Of a stretch of DNA of 64,000 bases, positions 59,688 through 64,000 are shown piece after piece; the first letter of the stretch is position 1, and each line of letters begins with the position of its first letter. Source of the stretch: an uncultured Campylobacter sp. Its GTDB lineage: Bacteria > Campylobacterota > Campylobacteria > Campylobacterales > Campylobacteraceae. Position numbers and translations under genes: made by a program. The notes below the pieces were generated by a model that was given only the letters and a program-made list of their open reading frames with translations, was not told the origin of the DNA and ran no database searches. The DNA lies in the NCBI GenBank assembly GCA_964607975.1, contig CAZSMF010000001.1:4663-68662 (forward strand), written 5' to 3'.

Positions 59688-61034
59688 ATGTGTGCTGTGG
59701 TTGGAGTTATCAATTCAAAAAGAGCCAGTGCTTATGCTTACTACGCCTTATTTGCTATGCAGCACAGAGGACAAGAAGCAAGTGGCATAAGCGTAAGTGA
59801 TGGCGAGAATTTACACACCATAAAGGGCAAGGGCGAGGTAAATCAAGTATTTAAGGACTTAAAAGCCTTGCAAAATTTGCAAGGCTCACTTGCCATAGGA
59901 CACAATCGCTACTCAACAGCGGGAAATGCCTCTTTAAGCGACTCTCAACCCATATTTGCCACCTGCATTTTAGGCGACATAGCCTTAGCACACAATGGAA
60001 ATTTAGTCAATAAAAACGAAATCAGACAAAAACTCATCAGCGAGGGGGCGATTTTTCGCTCCAATATGGACACAGAAAATGTCATTCACCTCATCGCCAA
60101 AAGCAAAAAAGCCACCCTCAAAGAAAGATTTATAGAAAGCTTAAAAGACTGCGTTGGGGCGTATTGTTTTGTTTTAGCGAGTAAGGATAAGCTTTTTGTT
60201 ATTAGAGACAGATTTGGTGTGCGTCCTTTATCGCTTGGGCGTTTGAAAGATGGCGGCTACATAGTAGCGAGTGAAAGCTGTGCTTTTGACTTGATAGAAG
60301 CTGAATTTATAAGAGATGTTAAAGCTGGTGAAATGCTTATTTTCACGCAAGGACAAGATGAATTTGAAAGCCAAATGCTCTTTGAAGAAAGCAATCCTCG
60401 AATTTGTGCCTTTGAGTATATCTACTTTGCCCGTCCTGACAGCATTATAGAGGGTAAAAGTGTTTATGAAACGCGTAAAAAAATGGGCGAAATTCTAGCG
60501 AGTAAATTCAAATTCAAAGCCGATTTTGTCGTGCCTGTGCCAGATAGTGGCGTGAGTGCGGCACTTGGCTTTGCAAAGGCTTTAAACATTCCTCTTGAAA
60601 TGGCGATAGTGCGAAATCACTATGTAGGACGCACCTTCATCGAACCTACGCAAGAATTAAGAAATTTAAAGGTAAAATTAAAGCTCAATCCAATGTCAAA
60701 AGTCCTTCAAGGTAAAGAAATCGTTGTGGTTGATGATAGCATAGTGCGTGGAACGACTTCTAAAAAAATCATCTCCTTACTCAAAAACGCAGGGGCGAGT
60801 AAAATTCACTTCGCCGTAGCCTGTCCTGAAATCAAATTCCCAGACATTTACGGCATAGACACGCCAACATTTGACGAGCTTATCAGTGCTAATAAAAACG
60901 CCGAGCAAGTGCGTGAATACATAGGAGCAAACAGCCTTACCTTTTTAAGCATAGAGGAGTTAAAGCAAAGTATAGGTGAGGAGAGGGAGTATTCTCTTAT
61001 CAGTTTTGATGGAAATTATTTCATTAAAGATTAA
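59688..61034 (+). CDS. purF: Amidophosphoribosyltransferase; start ATG 59688 (catalytic Cys follows Met)
   Basis: M-CAVVG, QHRGQE, GHNRYSTAG, HNGN, EYIYFARPDS and VDDSIVRGTT. Confidence 0.97.
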   Translation: MCAVVGVINSKRASAYAYYALFAMQHRGQEASGISVSDGENLHTIKGKGEVNQVFKDLKALQNLQGSLAIGHNRYSTAGNASLSDSQPIFATCILGDIALAHNGNLVNKNEIRQKLISEGAIFRSNMDTENVIHLIAKSKKATLKERFIESLKDCVGAYCFVLASKDKLFVIRDRFGVRPLSLGRLKDGGYIVASESCAFDLIEAEFIRDVKAGEMLIFTQGQDEFESQMLFEESNPRICAFEYIYFARPDSIIEGKSVYETRKKMGEILASKFKFKADFVVPVPDSGVSAALGFAKALNIPLEMAIVRNHYVGRTFIEPTQELRNLKVKLKLNPMSKVLQGKEIVVVDDSIVRGTTSKKIISLLKNAGASKIHFAVACPEIKFPDIYGIDTPTFDELISANKNAEQVREYIGANSLTFLSIEELKQSIGEEREYSLISFDGNYFIKD

Positions 61035-61074
61035 AATTCAAGGCAAAATTTAACGAATTTCAAACAAATTTTTC

Positions 61075-61089
61075 AAAAAAAAAAAAAAA
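61075..61089 (+). repeat. A15 homopolymer in the chemoreceptor promoter region
   Basis: 15 consecutive A; TGcTACACT -10 at 61121-61129. Confidence 0.9.
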
Positions 61090-61174
61090 CGCTTTTTTTA
61101 ATTTTAATTTAAATATTTTATGCTACACTAATGCTGAATTTTTGAACTTTGAAATTATTTTGTAAAGGATAAAT

Positions 61175-63178
61175 ATGAAAAAAACGAGTTTAGCCACTAG
61201 GCTTTGTATCTACATAGTCGGTATTTTCGCTGTGATTATGGTGATTAGTGCTTTCTTTAACTATAACCGCAACTCCTCAACCGTTACCACACTTTACCAA
61301 AGCCTACAAAAAAACGCTTTGGGTGCTGCTTACACGACTATAAACCTTACGATGAATATCGAAGCTAACCAACACCTACAAGCCGTTAGAGATAAAATTC
61401 TCTCTTTTGACAAATTTGATGTCGTCTCTCAAAGAAATGTTTTAGCTACTGTGGAAAGATTGACAAAATACCCTTCTATGTTTATCGTTTATGAAGATGG
61501 CAATGTCATCTTGCAGGACTTTGACGCGAAAAATCCAAATCCAACCCTTTCGGCAAATTGGGACAATGGCAGTGATGATTGGAGATTAAGACAATGGTAT
61601 AAAGACACCAAAGCCACAAAAAAGGGCATTACTACCGCTGTTTATGAGTCTAAATCAGGGCTTTACGCTGGCAAAAGACTTTCTACTATAACTTACCCTC
61701 TTATTAAAAATGGCGAATTTGTAGGCGTTGTGGGTATGGATATTTTTGTCGATAGCTTCCAAGAAAGATTTAGAAATTTTGAGCGTCCAGAATTACCAAG
61801 TATGGATATTTACATAACTGACTCTACGGGTAGAATTTTTTCTCACAAAAACCCTGAAATAGTCGCTCACCAAGAACCTTACCAGCAAGAAATTGCTCTT
61901 AGCAAACTGCTTGAAACTTCCAGCGAGGGAGAATTTCATTATAACGACTTGCAAGGGCAAGAAAGAATGGGCTTTTACAAACAATTTCCTTTTGGCTGGA
62001 CGATAGTTTCTGCCGCTTCAATGCAAGATTACACAAAAGCCACAAATGAGCATTTTATCTTTAATGTGCTACTTACTGCTGTGCTTATCGTAGTGGGTGC
62101 TTTTATCCTTTATATCATCATCAAATCACAAATCATTGGACGCATTAAAGCTATATCTAATCAGCTTTTTAGCTTTTTTGACTATATCAATCACAAAGTC
62201 AATACCCCGCCAAAACTCCTACCACCAAAAGCTAATGATGAATTTGGACAAATGGCTGCGGCAATCAACGAAAACATTAAAACCACTGAGGCAAATTTAG
62301 ACAAAGACAGCAAATTGGTTAAAGAATCTCTTGATGTTATCGATTTCACAAGGGAGGGATACGCCACTAAACGCATAACGCTTTCAGGCTCAAATCCTCA
62401 ACTTAATACCCTAAGAGACTCTGTCAATCAGCTTTTAGACTTGTTAGCCACTGCCATAGGCACTGACTTAAACGAACTTAACCGCGTATTTGATAGCTTT
62501 ACCAAGCTAGATTTTAGCACTAGGGTGAAAAATCCTTCTGGTAGAGTCGAGCTTGTAACCAATGCTTTGGGCGATGAAATCATCAAAATGCTACAAACCT
62601 CATCAGGCTTTGCCAACTCTTTAAGTGAGGAAAGTCAAAAACTCGCAGGTGCGGTAAATACGCTCACTCAATCTTCAAATTCACAAGCACATTCCCTTGA
62701 AGAAACAGCCGCTGCACTCGAACAAATCACCTCATCTATGCAAAATGTTTCGACAAAAACGACAGAAGTCATCGCACAAAGTGAGGAGATTAAAAATGTA
62801 ACTAGCATTATTGGCGAGATAGCCGACCAAATCAACCTCCTTGCCCTTAATGCCGCCATAGAGGCTGCAAGAGCCGGCGAACACGGACGAGGCTTTGCTG
62901 TCGTGGCTGATGAGGTGCGAAAACTAGCCGAAAGAACTCAAAAATCTTTGAGCGAAATCGAAGCGAACACGAATTTACTCGTGCAAAGCATTAACGATAT
63001 GGCAGAAAGCATTAAGGAACAAACCGCTGGTGTAACGCAAATCAATGACGCTGTGGCACAGATTGAAACCGTTACCCAAGATAATGTCAAAATCGCCAAC
63101 AATTCTTCTGCTATCTCAGACAGCGTTAATACCATAGCTTCTGATATACTTGAAGATACAAAGAAAAAGAAATTCTAA
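61175..63178 (+). CDS. Methyl-accepting chemotaxis protein (group A Tlp) with dCache_1 sensor
   Basis: Two TM helices flanking a dCache domain (RQWY, VY, GMD); signalling domain [35 protein letters not shown]. Confidence 0.95.
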   Translation: MKKTSLATRLCIYIVGIFAVIMVISAFFNYNRNSSTVTTLYQSLQKNALGAAYTTINLTMNIEANQHLQAVRDKILSFDKFDVVSQRNVLATVERLTKYPSMFIVYEDGNVILQDFDAKNPNPTLSANWDNGSDDWRLRQWYKDTKATKKGITTAVYESKSGLYAGKRLSTITYPLIKNGEFVGVVGMDIFVDSFQERFRNFERPELPSMDIYITDSTGRIFSHKNPEIVAHQEPYQQEIALSKLLETSSEGEFHYNDLQGQERMGFYKQFPFGWTIVSAASMQDYTKATNEHFIFNVLLTAVLIVVGAFILYIIIKSQIIGRIKAISNQLFSFFDYINHKVNTPPKLLPPKANDEFGQMAAAINENIKTTEANLDKDSKLVKESLDVIDFTREGYATKRITLSGSNPQLNTLRDSVNQLLDLLATAIGTDLNELNRVFDSFTKLDFSTRVKNPSGRVELVTNALGDEIIKMLQTSSGFANSLSEESQKLAGAVNTLTQSSNSQAHSLEETAAALEQITSSMQNVSTKTTEVIAQSEEIKNVTSIIGEIADQINLLALNAAIEAARAGEHGRGFAVVADEVRKLAERTQKSLSEIEANTNLLVQSINDMAESIKEQTAGVTQINDAVAQIETVTQDNVKIANNSSAISDSVNTIASDILEDTKKKKF

Positions 63179-63187
63179 TTTTGCTAC

Positions 63188-63214
63188 AACTTCGCTTGTC
63201 TTTCAAGCGAAGTT
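63188..63214. terminator. Bidirectional intrinsic terminator between the Tlp gene and mqnD
   Basis: AACTTCGCTTG-TCTTT-CAAGCGAAGTT, perfect 11-bp stem followed by T-run. Confidence 0.8.
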
Positions 63215-63237
63215 TTTATAATGATTTTTACCCAAAG

Positions 63238-64000
63238 TTAAGTAAAACGCAAAGCCTCATACTCGCTTGGTATGAGAAAATCACTTGCCTTGATGAGTTT
63301 GTCATAAAATTTATGTGTGTAGCCAAGTTCAAAGAGTTTATCAAGGGCTTTAAGCTGAATTTCATTCATTGAAATGGAGTTTTCATTGGCGTAAAGATTA
63401 AGATAGTGGTTGAGTTTAGCTTCATCAACACGGATTAAATTTCGCTCTACAAGCATTTTGCTTAAAAGTTTTTTATTATCATTGGCGAGTTTTACGGCTT
63501 TTGTGAGTATTTTTTCAAGCTCTATTGCCGTGGTTAAAGGCAGACTTCTCCTTAAAGCCATACCGCCAAGCGGTAGAGGCAAATCCTGCCCCGCTAACTC
63601 ACGCCAAATATCCCAAATTTCAGCCTCTACACACAAATTCTCATCAAATTCTAAAATGCTCTCGTGTATCAAAACCCCTGCATCAACCTCGCCGCAAAGC
63701 ACAGCATTTTCAATCTCCAAAAAGTTTTTATAAACAATCTTTGCTTGTGGATAAGCTATGCGAAAAAGCAAGGCATTGCTGGTGTTTGCTCCGCTTAAAG
63801 CCACCTTGAAATTTCGTTTTAAAGTGCTGTTTTTACGGCGAATGAGCTTTGGTCCATAGCCCTCACCAAAACTCACAGCAGTGCGTAAAAGGGCGTATTC
63901 ATCGGCGATGAGCGGATAGAGGGCAAATGAAATCGCACTCACAGCAAATTCATTTTGCAAGGCTTTTTCATTGAGTGTTTGAATGTCAAGGGCATAACTT
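63238..64000 (-). CDS. mqnD: MqnD 1,4-dihydroxy-6-naphthoate synthase (futalosine pathway), 5'-truncated by the window edge
   Basis: DIQTLNEKAL, SFGEGYGP, SGANTSNALL, LIHE and PLPLG; frame open to base 64000. Confidence 0.88.
   Translation of the reverse strand, partial: SYALDIQTLNEKALQNEFAVSAISFALYPLIADEYALLRTAVSFGEGYGPKLIRRKNSTLKRNFKVALSGANTSNALLFRIAYPQAKIVYKNFLEIENAVLCGEVDAGVLIHESILEFDENLCVEAEIWDIWRELAGQDLPLPLGGMALRRSLPLTTAIELEKILTKAVKLANDNKKLLSKMLVERNLIRVDEAKLNHYLNLYANENSISMNEIQLKALDKLFELGYTHKFYDKLIKASDFLIPSEYEALRFT

Noticed and set aside
126-63809. The many 60-140 aa ORFs in the track that lie antisense to or nested in long genes (e.g. 8012-8431, 13352-13738, 17656-17982, 25896-26267, 39697-40065, 45998-46348, 63410-63733)
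   Set aside because: Shadow frames of well-supported genes, with no RBS or recognisable motifs
1-64000. CRISPR arrays, rRNA, tRNA, tmRNA, IS elements, integrases or prophage genes
   Set aside because: No regularly spaced repeats, cloverleaf-like sequences, transposase or phage ORFs seen; intergenic gaps are short and accounted for

Overview
Core-genome segment of a Campylobacter chromosome. Protein sequences and several operons match C. jejuni genes, but the blocks are rearranged, so this is probably a non-jejuni/coli species; the species cannot be fixed from this window. Contents in order: 3' part of the N-glycosylation locus (pglJ-pglB-pglA), hydA2, ridA/heuR, the pyrB-pepF-uvrD-truB-csrA-ispE-smpB-clpS-clpA-aat operon, a Dam/D12-class DNA methyltransferase with a decayed GIY-YIG endonuclease, tilS-rimO, prfB, asd-flgR, ccsBA, livJKHMGF, trxB, cstA-yjiX-modD, a NYN-domain nuclease gene with a structured leader, uvrA, ciaI-dut, kpsF without the other kps genes, an orphan Panacea/SocA-like gene, fabZ-lpxA-clpX-mreBC, a pilin-like gene paired with a GT-C gene, a lone znuB, a polar amino-acid ABC transporter with two binding proteins, dapB-purF, a dCache chemoreceptor with an A15 promoter tract, and mqnD (partial). 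No rRNA, tRNA, CRISPR array or IS element was seen. The strongest leads are the NYN gene and its hairpin leader, the multi-hairpin leader of modD, the broken R-M system, the orphan Panacea gene at the usual capsule-locus position, the roughly 60-aa two-helix insertion in PglB and the A15 tract before the chemoreceptor. Gene names and Cj locus comparisons come from recalled knowledge, not from database searches.
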